Positions 63,806-64,000 of a stretch of 64,000 nucleotides of DNA are shown piece by piece. The first letter of the stretch is position 1. Each line of letters starts with the position of its first letter. This stretch comes from an uncultured Prolixibacteraceae bacterium. Lineage in GTDB: Bacteria; Bacteroidota; Bacteroidia; Bacteroidales; FEN-979. The DNA lies in NCBI GenBank assembly GCA_964449285.1, contig CAYUZX010000011.1, positions 612 to 64,611 on the forward strand. The letters run 5' to 3'. The position numbers and the translations under genes are program-made. Below the pieces are notes generated by a model that saw nothing but the letters and a program-made list of their open reading frames with translations, was not told where the DNA came from and ran no database searches.

Positions 63806-64000
63806 ATGAAAACAATCACTCGATATTTGTTCCTGGTACTTTTGATTATTGGTTCTTCCATGGGTTGTACCAAAGATTCAACCCCTTACAATCCGGATAA
63901 TGTTTTTGAAGGTGGAAAGCTATCTAAATCACCCTCCGGCTCCTTTTACATCGCTGAATTGCAGGGTACATTCCATCAGATGGGGCGGCAATACGGACTT
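63806..64000 (+). CDS. Lipoprotein, 3' partial (runs off the window); possibly C45-type acyltransferase/peptidase family
   Basis: MKTITRYLFLVLLIIGSSMGCTK lipobox. Open to the window end. ELQGTFHQMGRQYG loosely resembles the family N-terminus. Not in the ORF track because no stop is reached. Confidence 0.5.
   Translation, partial: MKTITRYLFLVLLIIGSSMGCTKDSTPYNPDNVFEGGKLSKSPSGSFYIAELQGTFHQMGRQYGL

Overview
This window reads as a chromosomal segment of an anaerobic Bacteroidota/FCB-group bacterium. Support: T9SS C-terminal sorting domains, FISUMP-domain genes, many lipoproteins, and TAnnTTTG-type -7 boxes. I can support about 50 protein-coding genes. I saw no rRNA, tRNA or CRISPR array. Layout: (i) 1-4.8 kb holds two T9SS cargo genes (one with its sorting domain cut by an in-frame TGA), a DUF559 fragment framed by 38-bp perfect inverted repeats, and a DUF4143 AAA ATPase. 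(ii) 5.2-11.8 kb holds a TPR-sensor histidine kinase and a LuxR-type response regulator, then two copies of a ~150-nt hairpin-plus-palindrome cassette. The second copy precedes a tight four-gene operon: Zn-ribbon-like protein, 450-aa amidohydrolase-fold protein, 97-aa Cys-rich protein, and an exported eukaryote-type DNase I. (iii) 11.8-14.1 kb is a visibly AT-rich islet (internally duplicated secreted protein, cupin, membrane protein, HU). (iv) 14-24.3 kb holds envelope and housekeeping genes. (v) 24.3-38.1 kb holds a Crp/Fnr regulator plus a 13-gene single-strand sulfur-relay / heterodisulfide-reductase-like supercluster: two cysteine desulfurases, two-cysteine DsrC, DsrM/DsrK-like, DsrE-like, TusA, MvhD-like, HdrA with a GltD-type insert, a second HdrA, and QmoC-like. 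No dsrAB, aprAB or sat is in the window. (vi) 38.4-43 kb holds a Zn-ribbon protein, a SUKH-TPR protein and a 920-aa double CbbX-type AAA+ protein. (vii) 43-46.7 kb is a decaying FISUMP locus with pseudogenes and direct repeats. (viii) 46.8-64 kb holds HEAT/TPR proteins, an internally deleted aldo-keto reductase, aconitase, a 1526-aa AMP-ligase...GNAT fusion, icd, and two serine hydrolases preceded by a conserved mini-ORF. The best candidates for an undescribed system are the DsrAB-less sulfur-relay/Hdr/Qmo-like supercluster and the regulated amidohydrolase/DNase I operon. All family calls rest on motif recognition by eye and need HMM or structure confirmation.
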